64,000 nt of DNA, filler included, from Stramenopiles sp. TOSAG23-3 (GCA_900128585.1; 7 parts of 7 records of this genome joined end to end with filler, not necessarily neighbours in it), one strand, 5' to 3'; counted from the first letter of the whole stretch, positions 19,126 to 31,685 are shown. Made by a program: numbers and translations. Notes: generated by a model not told the origin, from the sequence alone.

Positions 19126-21477
19126 ATGCCGCTTGTACACGCCCAAATATTGGCGTCTTCGGCCATAGAGTATGTGCCTTCTATTTTGGTGTTTGTGGAT
19201 GGTTACAAATACCTGTTTAACGTTGGGGATGGCACCCAGCGCTTTTGTATGGAACATCATGTACGACTCGGTAAACTTCGGGGCATATTTTTGACTAGTC
19301 TTTCAGCTTCAAACACGGGCGGTCTGCCCGGCATGCTTATGACTATTTGCGATGGGGGCACGTCAGACACCACGATCTGCGGCCCCCCCGGCACTGGGGC
19401 GTACATGCACGCAACGAGGCACTTTTTGCGCAGAAATCAAATGAGTATAAAGGTAAAGGAGTATTGCAATCCGGGCATAGACGGACAAGTTGCCAACAAA
19501 TTGTTTGATGATGGAAAGCTGAAAGTCCAAGGTGTTGTGCTGAGCCCGAGAGAAACGGCGGGGAGAAGTGCTCGAAGCGACGAGGCGCCGCCGCCGAGCG
19601 AACCACCGGCGAAAAGGCGCCGTGCAGATAAATCGTGGCTCTACCTTCCTCGTGACCCTGAATTCAATGAAGTGCGTTGCAACGGTCGCTTTAAATCGTT
19701 TCAACTGTCTTCGATGGGAGCAGCACAAACCGCCAGCGTTGGCAGGGGCGAAGTCGTTTGTTACATTTGTGAATCCCCGTCCATCCGCGGGAAATTTCTT
19801 CCAAAAAAGGCCATCGAGCTCGGTGTTCCCAAAGGCCCCCTTTTTGGAGAATTGGCGAACGGGAAAGACGTCACCTTGGAAGATGGGACCGTCGTTTCGT
19901 CGGACGATTGCAAACTGTCGGATAAATTGGGCGCAACATTTTCTATAGTATCCTGTCCATCACTTGAGCACTTGCAAATGCTAAAGAAAGCGGAACATTT
20001 CAACGCCCGCAAAGTTTCGTCACTGTCCCCGAATAGTACCATGTGCTGTATATTTCACTGCGTCCCTAATGAAGTCTTCCTGTGCCCTGAATACGAAGAA
20101 TGGCGGGGAGCGTTCGGTAAAGACGTCGTTCACATACTGGCAAACAAAAGTGTGTGTGACGCAACGACGAGCCCTTTTCAAGCAACCATGAAGCAAGCGT
20201 GTTTGCTTCACGAGGTTCATCCCCGTATATTTCCATTGTTCGATAAGTCCAACGCGAAGATGGACGGTGGCGTCTCTTCGAACGCATTGGACGGGGTTGT
20301 GCCAGCGAAGAGCCTTCTTACTGTACGAATGGTTCCTAAAAAGAATTTCGGCGTTGATGACTCCCCGTGTTTCGATAGCAAGGAAACTCTCGAGAAGGTA
20401 GCCCAGAGGCTTGCGGAGGTGCGCCGCGAAAACGCCGACTTTGATAGCCTCGTCGAGTCGGTGCGAAAATCAGAGGATGGGGTTTTGGGAGAGAAGGGCA
20501 ACGAAACACCGTGCATGTATCCACAAGTTACCTTTTTAGGAACGGGGTCTGCTCAGCCTTCTAAGTACCGCAACGTGTCCTCTATCTATGTATCAACTTC
20601 GAGCGGAGGGATACTGCTGGATGCGGGGGAAGGGACGTACGCCCAGCTCTCTCGGCTGGTAGGCATGGGGGAGAAACTTTTGAGTGTAATCAACGGTTTG
20701 CAGTGCGTGTGGATATCTCACATGCATGCTGACCACCATTTGGGCTTGCGACACATTTTGTCTGCTCGTGACAAGTCTGGGTCCAACCAATCGCCCCTAT
20801 TGGTCATCGGTCCGTTCCCTTTATCTATATGGCTGAAAGAATGTGCATCGCTAGACACGACTATGAGGGGGAAATACATTTTTGTGGACGCTGAAGTTAC
20901 GGCGGAAACGTACGGCTGGAACGCCACGTCCTCGTTCGTTGCCCCTGAGGACAACACCGTAGAGACGAAACAATTTTTAAAACAACAACTTGAAACTCGA
21001 CTGCGGGTGAAACGGGTAGAAAGCGTGCGGGTGAAACATTGCCATCGGTCATATGGGGTGGTTCTTGACCACTTGGACGGATGGCGCCTGGTATACTCCG
21101 GCGATGCCAGGCCAAGCAAAGAGCTAATTGAGCAAGGCGCTGGCGCAGATTTATTGATTCACGAGGCAACTTTCGATGACAATTTAGCCCATGAAGCAGT
21201 GGCCAGAGCACATTCCACAGTTAGCGAAGCCCTCGAGGTTTCCAAAAAGATGGGGGCAAAAAGCACTGTACTGACGCATTTCAGTCAGCGTTACCCGAAA
21301 ATACCAATCATTGACACCGGTACAAACCCATACATGGTAGCTTTTGATTTGATGACGATGAACATCAGTGATATGAAATGGCTTCCAAAAACGTTGCCGG
21401 CACTCCAATGTCTGTTCCCCAGCGAGCCTGACCAAGATGTACTTATGGGGCTGGTCAAAGAAGATTCTGCCCAATAA
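19126..21477 (+). CDS. ELAC2: tRNase Z long form (RNase Z)
   Basis: YLFNVGDGTQRF, GGLPGM, exosite LGVPKGPLFGEL, FLGTGSAQPSKYRN, HMHADHHLG, YSGDARP, LIHEATF, HST, LTHFSQRYPK. Confidence 0.97.
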   Translation: MPLVHAQILASSAIEYVPSILVFVDGYKYLFNVGDGTQRFCMEHHVRLGKLRGIFLTSLSASNTGGLPGMLMTICDGGTSDTTICGPPGTGAYMHATRHFLRRNQMSIKVKEYCNPGIDGQVANKLFDDGKLKVQGVVLSPRETAGRSARSDEAPPPSEPPAKRRRADKSWLYLPRDPEFNEVRCNGRFKSFQLSSMGAAQTASVGRGEVVCYICESPSIRGKFLPKKAIELGVPKGPLFGELANGKDVTLEDGTVVSSDDCKLSDKLGATFSIVSCPSLEHLQMLKKAEHFNARKVSSLSPNSTMCCIFHCVPNEVFLCPEYEEWRGAFGKDVVHILANKSVCDATTSPFQATMKQACLLHEVHPRIFPLFDKSNAKMDGGVSSNALDGVVPAKSLLTVRMVPKKNFGVDDSPCFDSKETLEKVAQRLAEVRRENADFDSLVESVRKSEDGVLGEKGNETPCMYPQVTFLGTGSAQPSKYRNVSSIYVSTSSGGILLDAGEGTYAQLSRLVGMGEKLLSVINGLQCVWISHMHADHHLGLRHILSARDKSGSNQSPLLVIGPFPLSIWLKECASLDTTMRGKYIFVDAEVTAETYGWNATSSFVAPEDNTVETKQFLKQQLETRLRVKRVESVRVKHCHRSYGVVLDHLDGWRLVYSGDARPSKELIEQGAGADLLIHEATFDDNLAHEAVARAHSTVSEALEVSKKMGAKSTVLTHFSQRYPKIPIIDTGTNPYMVAFDLMTMNISDMKWLPKTLPALQCLFPSEPDQDVLMGLVKEDSAQ

Positions 21478-21691
21478 GAGAGAGGGGCGCGACTTCGCTG
21501 GTTAACACTGAACTTGTTTATTTAAAACATCCTTAAAATTCAACTGTTGAAATTTACGAGTACCATAAAAACAAAGTTCACACCAGTAGTTTTAAAACAA
21601 AAAAATTAATTCTATTGTTGATTGATTGAAATATTGAACATTAGATTTTTTTTCGATTGAATTATTAAAATGTTTTTTGGTCTACTACCTA

Positions 21692-24325
21692 CTACTGATC
21701 CTCTTCTTGAAGATCGTTCATTAACTCGTCGATCTCGTCAGACCCTTCAATGCAAGCAACGACCATATTGCTGCCATAAAGCTGTTCGCCTTCACCAACC
21801 TGCCGCATTTCTGCAGCCTTCTGCTCCTCTGCCGTTGAGTACATGCTATGGTACACATCCCCAGCGTTCGTTCTTAAAGTGACTTTGTATCCCGAAATAT
21901 CCAGGTTGTGCTCCTTAGCCGTGGACCTCATGAGTTGCAGCCAGGGAGGGTCATCCTGGGTAGCATCGTCAATGTTCCATCTCCACCCTGATTTTTTGGG
22001 CTTTTCATGATTCTGGTACGCGTCCAAAAGAAACGCAATCAGCACGTTCATGACGGTGACAACGGTAATGAGGTAAAATGCCAAAAAGTATGCAAGGGCC
22101 CACCAACTCGTAGCCATCACACAGCCTTCCATAACAATCGGCCAATTGTTCACAACCATTTGCTCAAACAACACGACAAACGAATTGTACAGCGTCTCAA
22201 AATTGTTGTGGGAGTAGCCATTGGAGGTGTACGAGCTTTCAAGGAACTTCGTGCTGTTGTTATTTATAAGCACTCCGCTAAACATCTCCATCCCAACGAT
22301 CGCAAACATGTAAAATATTACAAGCAGTACTGCAAAATAGCGCATGAGCGCGGGAAGAACGCGAGCAATGGTGTTCGTCACGGTGTGAAATTCGGACAAC
22401 ACCCGTAAAATTCTTAATATGCGTATCATTCGAAGGAAAAGAAGGGAGAGCCCGAGCGTATTTATTGCCCTGTTTTTGGCGTGTCCACGAACGTGCCCAA
22501 TCAAATTGACAAAAAGGCCAGCAGTGATCGCGACAAAGTCTATTTTGTTGTACCACGAAATTCGCAAGTATTTCCAAATTCCAAGCGCGACGTTTTGAGT
22601 GGCTAATTCCAGCACAAAAACGTAGAGAAGCATCGTATTTATCGTTTCAGACTCTGCACCGCTGAACATGTGTTTTCCTGGCGCAAGGACCAAAATCAAA
22701 ACAATTGTATTGAATATAACAAGAGTGTCGAACACAATCGTCCATGCTCGGGTCTTGACAATACCCAGCAGTCGCTGCCGCAAGTGATATTTCCAGTTGT
22801 TTGCCCGCTCTTCGATAGAAGAAGGGGCAAAACTTATCCTCCGCTTCTCTTTCACCTTTATTCGAGCGAACTTACAAATCTTAAAGAATTGGTCCCGATT
22901 TATAACTGGAAGCGAAAGGCCTTCCTGGCCGCGCAATGAATTGCCTTTCTCGTCCGATTCCATGTAAAAAAGGGTGTGAACGATTGCCTCGGGGATGTGA
23001 GGAGATAGCACCCGGATCATTGCCGCCCATTCGGGCAACTCGATGGCTTCATCGCTCGGGTCGGCCGTGTCCTGGTTCAATGAGGCGGCTCTTTGTGCTC
23101 GGTTCGGTTCGCTGCCAAAACTGGTCGAAGCAAAGCTTAGCGTGTCGTCCATGCGCATTCGCTTGGCTTTCTGCAGCAAAACGAACCCGTAGTCGATGGA
23201 ATGCTGCCTCTTCAGTCGATGTTTCTTAAATTTCGTTCTGGTGCGTTCGGAAAAGTGCGTGTACACAACGGCTAATATTAGGCTCATCAAAAAGTACAAG
23301 CCAATCAGAATGTAAACTACGAAAAACAGTGCCGTCAAAGGCTCGCACTCATATACTGGCATCATGATATCCGGGTAGTTCGCGGTGGTCAGCAAGATAA
23401 AAAGCTGCAGCATGCTGGCGAAAAGCGTGTTAAAGTAATCCCGGCAGTTGTGGCTGAACGTGCTGCAGTATTGATCGTGGTTCAGCGTCGGGCTGGGCTC
23501 GTAAGGGTTGTAATCAAAAAAATTGCACCCATTTTCACACCCTCGAGGGTCCGTTTCGCACCCAGTTTTCCCAAAAATTCCCCTGAAAAGAATGAATGCG
23601 ACAGCTCCAAAGAAAACAATGTGAAACAGCAACAGCACCAAGACGTTCATAATCTTGGGAGCACTCTGAACGATAGAACTCGATATTTTCCTAACATTTC
23701 TCAAGCGTTCGATTATGAGAAGTGGTCGCAGCACCCGCGCTAAATGGGGTAGCGAAGGACTAATCAGAATTCCAATGCAATTGACAAGCATGACACTAAT
23801 TATGAAAATGCGAAGCCGGATCCACTCGCTCTTCAAAAACCCAATCCCGGAATACCGGTAAAGCAGGAGCATGTCTACGATATACAGAGCAATGCAAAAC
23901 AGCGACAAAACTTGGCAGACGGTGTCTACGTACTCTGTCGATTCGGTTGTCCACGTGGACACTGACTCAAAGACTGCAAGACCCATATTGAAAAGTGTCA
24001 CGAATATATAAAACATTCTCCACCAACTGCTATGGTAGAAAAATGCTATCTTCAGCGCCGTCTTGTCCCTTCTCAAGCCGACGTGCAAACGGCCGTGCAA
24101 CCCGCTGCTGACGCACAGGGCCGCATGATAGCAAAGATCATCGTATGAAGTTATCGAGGAGTTCGGAAACTGCTTTGAACCTCCGATAGAGACGAAACGG
24201 TCAAAAAAGCTGATGTTTTCCCGGTAATCCTTACCAGCCGCCGAGTCAAACCCTGCCCTCTGGCCACGAATAGGGGTCTCCAAACCGTCCTCCCGGACCA
24301 GACGAGACTTGATAGAATCGTCCAT
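21692..24325 (-). CDS. TPCN: Two-pore channel (TPC)
   Basis: Two 6TM Shaker-like domains; pore I LLTTANYPDIMMP, pore II MVVNNWP; S4 segments RVLRPLLIIERLR and LRMIRILRILR. Confidence 0.95.
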   Translation of the reverse strand: MDDSIKSRLVREDGLETPIRGQRAGFDSAAGKDYRENISFFDRFVSIGGSKQFPNSSITSYDDLCYHAALCVSSGLHGRLHVGLRRDKTALKIAFFYHSSWWRMFYIFVTLFNMGLAVFESVSTWTTESTEYVDTVCQVLSLFCIALYIVDMLLLYRYSGIGFLKSEWIRLRIFIISVMLVNCIGILISPSLPHLARVLRPLLIIERLRNVRKISSSIVQSAPKIMNVLVLLLFHIVFFGAVAFILFRGIFGKTGCETDPRGCENGCNFFDYNPYEPSPTLNHDQYCSTFSHNCRDYFNTLFASMLQLFILLTTANYPDIMMPVYECEPLTALFFVVYILIGLYFLMSLILAVVYTHFSERTRTKFKKHRLKRQHSIDYGFVLLQKAKRMRMDDTLSFASTSFGSEPNRAQRAASLNQDTADPSDEAIELPEWAAMIRVLSPHIPEAIVHTLFYMESDEKGNSLRGQEGLSLPVINRDQFFKICKFARIKVKEKRRISFAPSSIEERANNWKYHLRQRLLGIVKTRAWTIVFDTLVIFNTIVLILVLAPGKHMFSGAESETINTMLLYVFVLELATQNVALGIWKYLRISWYNKIDFVAITAGLFVNLIGHVRGHAKNRAINTLGLSLLFLRMIRILRILRVLSEFHTVTNTIARVLPALMRYFAVLLVIFYMFAIVGMEMFSGVLINNNSTKFLESSYTSNGYSHNNFETLYNSFVVLFEQMVVNNWPIVMEGCVMATSWWALAYFLAFYLITVVTVMNVLIAFLLDAYQNHEKPKKSGWRWNIDDATQDDPPWLQLMRSTAKEHNLDISGYKVTLRTNAGDVYHSMYSTAEEQKAAEMRQVGEGEQLYGSNMVVACIEGSDEIDELMNDLQEEDQ

Positions 24326-24992
24326 GGAACAACACTGGTCTTACGTACTAAACGAACGTTCAAAGGAACAAGTAACTCTTTTCTCTTTATTTAACTTTTC
24401 AACTTCTAAAAACAGAACATTAGCCACTGCTATGTATGCGGAATTTAAATAGAAGTAATAAATTTCGCTGAACCAATCTGTCCTTATTATTAGTTGAATA
24501 ATTAATTCACTAACACTACATATGCAAAATTGCAATAATAATAATAAAAAAATTATTATTATTTTTTTATTATTATTTTTTATTTTTAGTGTCATCAGTC
24601 GTACGTCTATATAATTATTATTTTATTTATTATTTTTATTATTGCAACAACAACAAAAAAATAATATAATAATAATACCATCTTCTACTACCACCAAAAT
24701 AATTATTAATTATTACACCAATAATAATAATAGTCGTTCCAAGGTATTATATAGAACTGACTGATAATAGCACTACGAGCTATCACAGGTCACAGGATGT
24801 ATAATAACTTTGGATTCCATTAAATATTCTTCTTCACCGTATTATTATATTATTATTATAGCTGTTTTCTAAAATAAAATTGCACGGTGGTGGTGGTGGT
24901 GGTGGTGGTGGTGATAATATTATTGTATTACGGTACGGGTACCTCAGGTACCTGTACCGGGTAGTATATATATAATGAAGAAGAAGTCAACA

Positions 24993-27537
24993 TTAAACCC
25001 AACCCAATTCATCTAACTCGTCGTCTTCGGTGGCGGCGGCGGCGGCGGCATATGCATGGGCTGCAAGTTCTCCACCATTTTCGTTACCCAATACCATATT
25101 CTGGAGCAAACTTTGTGCCCTGGATGAAGTTTCTCGGGCGTCCACAATGTGCTTTAAAGTTGCGTCAAAATTTTGAACTATACTATAGATCTCTTTGTTC
25201 GCCTTTTCGGATTCCATGAGTCTCGAATTTGACACTTGGACTAACTTCTCCACGGCTCGGGAGTGGTCCTCGGTTTGCTGCAAACGGTATTTTAAGTCTT
25301 CGTTCGTGCTCTGCACATCGTCGAACACGTTGTTATGAATCGGCACACTGAGAGAATCAAAGATTTTGGAATTCATTTCATCAATTACCGTAGACTGTTC
25401 CATGCATTTGTCCTGGTAATATTTCAATTTTAATTCTAATGAGATTTGGGTTTCTTCGTTTAGAAAATTTGCCAGCGATGACTCATGCATTTTTTGTTCT
25501 TCGTTCGCTTGGAGTGATACGACTGAATGCCCCAATTGCAAAACCTGATGGTTTAACTCACGGATTATGTTGTCTTGGTGTACAGTTTTTTGTTGGAAAT
25601 ATGTCAGCCTCTCGAGCTCTACAGCGTCTTCTTTTTCCTCATTTAAAGGTGAACTGGTGCGCTCTGTCGAATTCAGCAATGCTGGAATCGTGTTTTGAAC
25701 AAACTCTTCTATAATTTTATCGCTCTCGGATTCCAAGAAGTCGTCTGGAAATGGATTGTTCTTTTCGTCGACCTTTTGCCTGCTTTCTTTTGGTTCTGTT
25801 TTACTAAGGAAATCGTCCATTACTTCGCGGGTAGCATTGCTGAGAAATTCTTGTAAAAATGATGCATTGGATTTTTCAACATTGTTCGATTCTTCTCTGC
25901 ACTCTTCCGCCATCGCGGCTTTGAACGCTACATTGGCTTCTTCTCCATGGTCATTGGATTCAAGATTTTCAGGTTCTGAAGATATTACGAGAGGAGTGCG
26001 ATCAATCTTCATGATTGGTTTTGTGGTGGGGCTAACAAGTTCCCCTACCCTAGCGTCGTTTCTTCCACGTTTGTCTACCGTTTCATAATTGGCACGAATG
26101 CTGCTTTTACGTTTTGGTAAAGCTGCCGGAGGACTATTTGCGGTTTCTTTTTTACTTGCTTCTTCTTCAACCGTTTTGTTCGTACGTTTATCTGGTTTCC
26201 CCTGGATCACAGCTTGAAACTCTTCGATCATCGTCATCTTAAATTCTTCGACCATCACAGGTTTGAAAAGAGGAGCCACTGTTAACACCGCTGTTTTTTT
26301 CGCAGTAATGAGGTTATCATTTTGCGTGCTCCTTTCTGTCCCAGTGCCGTTGCTGGCTTCTTCGGTAAATTCTAAAATTGTGGTTGTTTTCGTTTCATCC
26401 TCTTTGATACTTTGTGTTTTCGATCTTGACATGGTAAGGATATCATCAGTGATCACATCATGTAGTTCATCAATAGAACCAATAGCGTAGTCAGTGATCG
26501 CGTCTTTTCGCTCCTCCATGGCTTTGTCCGCGTTGTCCTTGTGCTCTGGTTCCTCCTCCCTTTCTGTCCCAGTGCCGTTGCTGGTCTTTTGAGTAAGCTC
26601 TAAAAGTGTGTTGGCTCTCGTTTCATCCTCTTCAACCATTTGGGTTTTCAAATTTGACATGGCAGGGCCAATTTCGTTGCCTGAGTTGAGCGCAGTGATC
26701 GCGTCGTTTCGCTCCTCAATGGAATTATCCGTGTCGTCCGTGCGATCTGATTCCTCTTCCCCCGCTTCGGCAATTGTATAAAGCACGGAATTACTTAACG
26801 CAGGCAGATCGTCTTCCTCGTCGCTGCTGCTCAGGGCAAATACTAATCGTTCCTCTAATACGGGATTCTCATACACCCCTTCAATGTCTACGGGCCGCGC
26901 GGCTTGCGTGGAAATCATTTTTTCGATCCCGTTCTTTATTGATTGGACAGACAAAGGCGCGTCGTCATTCTCCTTCTGCTGGTCGGCTTTGCTTTCTTGC
27001 TTTACCTGTGGTATTGAAAAGGTTTTTTTCTCCTCCTCAGCGCTCACTGATGCAATCCCAATGTCTTTCATCAGATCATTAATCTCATCTAATTCTTTCA
27101 TAGATTCATTTTTCGTTTCCGAAACACTAGAAGCCCCTTTGTCTTTGTGGTAATAGTCCGGTTTGTCGCCACCACCAACTTTCGCGGTTGTATTCTCTTC
27201 TTTAAGACCAGTGTTATTTGCATCTTCCACTTTTGCAGATTTGTCCTCGGTTGAAGCAGTTAGGTCGCTCCAATGCTCCACAACGCTCTCCATAATCGCG
27301 GCCTCCTCGTCAAATTCCAACGCGTTTTCCTCGTCTCCGTTGCGTTCCTGCTCAAATGTAATCCTTCGAATAGTATCCCACCCACCCCCCTTACTATTGT
27401 TTCTGTTTCTGTTACTTTCCTCATTTTCTACTGGCAGGTTATTTTCTATGCTGTCGGCTTTGTCCGATTCTATAAATGCTTGAACCATCGCGTCGCCTCC
27501 AACAACGGGACGAAAGTTTGGTGATGCTTTGTGGTGG
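24993..27537 (-). CDS. Acidic low-complexity protein with C-terminal coiled coil, 5' truncated
   Basis: More than 830 aa open to the contig end; E/D/S/T/K-rich; internal duplications; no family recognised. Confidence 0.85.
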
Positions 27538-27637
27538 NNNNNNNNNNNNNNNNNNNNNNNNNNNNNNNNNNNNNNNNNNNNTTAATTAATTAANNNNNNN
27601 NNNNNNNNNNNNNNNNNNNNNNNNNNNNNNNNNNNNN
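27538..27637. other. Artificial contig linker
   Basis: N44-TTAATTAATTAA-N44. Confidence 0.99.
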
Positions 27638-27716
27638 CAGTGCGGGGAAAGAAGATCTAAACGCTCTGATCGATGAACAATCAAAAATGAGAGACGCAAT
27701 TCAGAAACGGCACGAC
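27638..27716 (+). repeat. 79-bp perfect inverted repeat, arm 1 (arm 2 at 31607-31685)
   Basis: CAGTGCGGGGAAAGAAGATCT...CAGAAACGGCACGAC matches the reverse complement exactly. Confidence 0.97.
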
Positions 27717-30638
27717 GAAGAGAGAAAAAAATTAGAAGAAGAAACCGAAGTAGACGACGCTCTTTCCGGTATGGACGATGCGCAAGAGCTAGCTTTGGCT
27801 CAGTTGAAGATGGAAGCCGATGCCCAAGCGGTGAAGGGTCAGATTGAGGGAAGTCGGTTGGAGGCGCGCAAAAAGCTTCTAGCAAAATTGGCGAAGCAAA
27901 AGGCCATGGCAAAAAAGAGGCAGATGGACGTGCTGAAAGCCCAAAAAATATTGGCGGAAAAAGAGTCAGAAATGAACGAGCAAACGAAAAGTGAAGCACT
28001 GGCAAAGGTTCGGGAAATGGAAAGGCAGCAGAGGGAGATGGAAGCTGAAATAGCCAGCAATCTGGAAAAGCTTGAATCGGACGTTTCCAGCTTCCGCAGT
28101 GCCATGCAAGACAAGCAGACGGCCAAGCGCTTCCAGCTCAAGCAGAAACTTGAGGAAAGGCGTAAACTCAAGGCGGCGGCGGAAGCGAAGGAAGAAAAAC
28201 TTAAGCTAGATCTCGTCCAAAACGCTGCGAAAATGTCGGAGGCCACGCGAAAGGAAAAAGAAGAGGCACTGATTCAAGCGCAGAATGAGCGCCGTAACCT
28301 CGAGAAAGAGGTCTCCAATCAGCAATCCAAGTTCGAGCAAGAGTCGGAAAGGGTGCGCGGGCGAATGAAAGACAAACAGGCTCGACAACGCGATCGAATG
28401 CTGGAAAAACTAGAAAAGAAAAGGCGTATGGCGGAGCAAGAAGAGCGAAAGAAACGAAGAGAGGTTGAAATGGCAAAATTACAGATACAAAAGCAAGCCC
28501 AATTGGAAAAGGAACGGTTGGCCCAATCTGGTGCCCAGACTGAAGAAGCTGTGAAAAGTCTCCAGAATCGGTTAGAAACTGAAATGATGCGGCAGAAAGC
28601 GAAATTGGAAGGCAATCGTGACAAGCAAAAAGAGCGCATGCGCAAGCGCCTGGCTGCCAAGCGGGCAAAGAAAGCATTGGAGTTGAAAAAGGCTCAACAA
28701 GAAGAGATGCAAGATGAGATGCGGGAACAAGAAAAGGAAAGGCACGACCAAGAAGGCAAAACGGCCAAAGCAGCAGAAGTAAAGATGTTAGAAGGTATCA
28801 TGATTCGTGGGGCTGACGAAAACCGCATTGACGAAGCAATCGAAATGGTCATGCACGAAAGGCACGCTAAAGAGACGTCGAATTTGATCTCCCGGCAGTA
28901 CTCAGAGCGCACTTCTGTCCTGAAGGAAGCCCTGGAAGATCTATTTGTCCGGAAAGCCAAAGAACGTACTGAGATGTTGGACAGGTTGAAGGCAGAAAAT
29001 GCGGAGGAGGCCATTGTCTTGAAAGCGTTAGAACAGCTCGAAGACAAGTACCAGGTGTTGCAGAGCAACGTTCAGATGGACGCAACTTCTACTTTGGACA
29101 AGCACCATGCGGAAGAACAGTTGGCATTAAGACAGCAACAATTGCAAGAAATTTCTCACGCGTTCGAGGAATTGGCCCCTGAGGACGTTTTGAAGCAAAA
29201 ACAGGCTGAGCGAGCTCAGCGGCAGCAGGAGGAACTGGAAGAGTTCAAAGAATCAATGAAGCGAGAGGAGGAGGAGCAAATCGAACGAATAAGGGCAGAA
29301 AAGGCTAAAGTCGAAGAAGAAATGCGCAAGAAGCACGATGAAGAACTGCGAGAGATGGAGCGTGAGCACTCTGTGCAGCTGGAAAAGGAAAGGCTCGCTG
29401 CAGAAGAAAAGCTAAAGTCACGGAGAGAAAAACTCCTGAAAGAACAAGAAGAACAGCAGAACTCCCACATGGCTGAATTGGGGAAAGTCAGCGCCAAGGA
29501 GCGAGAACTTATGCTGAAACGGTTTCGGGAGGATCGAGAGCGAGTGCAAGCCATTATGGCGGCTGAGCGGGACAGGCAGCAACGAGCGCTTGAGGAAAAA
29601 CTTCGGATGCGACGAATGCGACGAGCATTGCGTCAGGAATCCGCGCTGAGAGAACGTATGAAGCTTGAGCATAAGAGAATGCAGAAGCGCATTCAAGCGG
29701 TTAACTCGACGATGCAGTCCGTCGTTTCTGGCATGTCGCAAGACGTAATGAAGGCTGGGCGAAAGAAACATTTGTTTCAAGGTGAAGGGAGTGCTGTTCA
29801 TATGAGCATCATTGGAAATTTAGCAGACAAGTGGAAAAAACATGGCGAGGAAACAAAAAAGAAAGCCAAAGAGGCGATGAAGGCGCTGGAAAACGGCACT
29901 CCTGCGGAGCGGCGTGCAGCTCGCGATGCCAAAAAGGGTTTCTGGGCAGGAAACGAGCAAGATACTGAAGCAGCAGAAGCTCAACGCAAAGAGAAGGAGA
30001 AGAAAGAAGCTCTGGAGCAAGTGAAGAAACTTCAGCAAAAGATGGAGGACGAGCTGAATAAAAAGGGTGCAGAAATGACGGACCGGCAGCGAAGGCAGCA
30101 TGAAAGGCTTTTGAAGAAACTTGAGTTGAAGAAAAAGCGAGCCGCTGCCGCCGCACAGAAAGAGGCCAAGAAAGCGAAAGAGGCTGCAGAAAAGCATGTC
30201 GAAGAGAAGGTACAAAAGCTTAAAGATGAACCGATTGCGAGCGGATTTGGAGCAATTGCTGCGTCGGAGGATGGAACCCCTTCCACCGAGAAGACCAGTG
30301 CAGCGCCAGCAATGGAAATGCCAACCTATTCTCAACCGATAGTAAAACAGGCGCCTGTCCCCGGCGCGGCTGGAGGGTTTGCTGCCGGCGCCATAGCCTT
30401 TGATCCCGTAATGGAAAAGAAAATGTTGGACAAATTAAACCATATTGAGAAAATGTTAGAGACAGTGTCCGTAAGTAGGAGTGGTACCAGCAGTTACAGT
30501 GCTGGCCCTTCCACAAGTTTTGAGGATGAAGAAGACTATTCAAACGCGTCCCTATCGGAAAGATTAGGACGGTACAAAGCATTTCAAGAGAATCCCCAGC
30601 TTGTTGATTTCTTGCATAGAGTAGACCACACTGCTTGA
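27638..30638 (+). CDS. C-terminal coiled-coil half of the Cys-rich transmembrane protein whose N-half lies at 36164-31686
   Basis: About 1000 aa E/K/R/Q/A-rich helix with the same RxRLxxRLxxKK repeats as the N-half; first 79 nt are identical to the reverse complement of 31607-31685. Confidence 0.9.
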
Positions 30639-30682
30639 ATTTAAAACAAATATAAAAAAACCTAATTCAGTAATATCTAAAT

Positions 30683-30982
30683 AAAAAAACAAGAAAATTG
30701 GCTGTTATTTATAAGTAATTAAATTTAGCTTCCTCGTACCCTAATCCTAACTTTGTTCTGTAATTTTGTTTCATTGTCTAAATTAATAAAAAACAAGAAA
30801 ATTGGCTGTTATTTAAGTAAAACGAAAAATTCGATGTTTGTATAAGTAAATTGAAATTTATCGTCTTCACATACACTGCGAATTCAATCTCTGCTCCTGA
30901 GATTTAACTTGTCACTTAGTCGTCACTATCATTTTCATGTGTACTCCATGCATGCTCCGAATCGGCCAATTTTATGTTTTTA
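30683..30982 (+). repeat. Dispersed MITE-like repeat, copy 4 (most complete, imperfect TIRs)
   Basis: Left AAAAACAAGAAAATTGGCTGTT (twice); right end reverse complement AAAAACATAAAATTGGCCGATT; internal modules shared with copies 1, 3 and 6. Confidence 0.88.
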
Positions 30983-31004
30983 AAGGTGGTGTAAAATTTT
31001 CCTT

Positions 31005-31606
31005 TTAATCATCATTTTTCTTTGGGTCAATCGCGCGCTGAACTTCAATCTTTGCTGCAATCTTTAGCACAAGTTTGGCGAAATTTGTATATGCGGCATC
31101 TTGATTGTGGGCACACCGAATATGTGCCCACTGCGACTTGTAAAGTGCGAACCCTTTCAGGCAGTGTGGGCATTCAAAATTCGGTGCCGAATATTTTCTA
31201 AATTCGGCTAGTGATTTTTGACGCTGCTCGCGTAGACGCTGCTGCATAAGGGCATGCTTGGCTTGCTGGTAGTAAAGAGATCCTGTTATGTGCGCCCTGA
31301 ACGTTAGGCCCAGCTGCCATTTAAACTTTGCAAAAGATTTTTTTTTATTCTCTTCGATCACCCAATCATAGAAATCTGGAAAGTGAATGTTTCCGGTCGC
31401 CCCCAATAAAGCCAGCATACCATGCAACTTTTTTCGTGTTTGGGGGATTCCAAAAGCCCGCAAAAGGGCAGGCAAATAAGTGTTTCGAACGTAACCGAGT
31501 TCTTCTGTGTCAATTGTGGTAAACGTGTTTTTTACTTTAATTATTTCTGTCAGATATTGTGGGACTTTTTCCCTTTTCCGTAAGTTTTTAAGTTTTTTCC
31601 TCTTCT
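31005..31606 (-). CDS. C-terminal fragment of a degenerate EF-hand plus C2H2 zinc-finger protein, 5' part lost at the inversion junction
   Basis: Frame stays open upstream of 31475: KRKKLKNLRKREKVPQYLTEIIKVKNTFTTIDTEELGYV (EF-like)...GATGNIHFPDFYDW (EF-like)...FECPHCLKGFALYKSQWAHIRCAH (C2H2). Confidence 0.8.
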
Positions 31607-31685
31607 GTCGTGCCGTTTCTGAATTGCGTCTCTCATTTTTGATTGTTCATCGATCAGAGCGTTTAGATCTTCTTTCCCCGCACTG

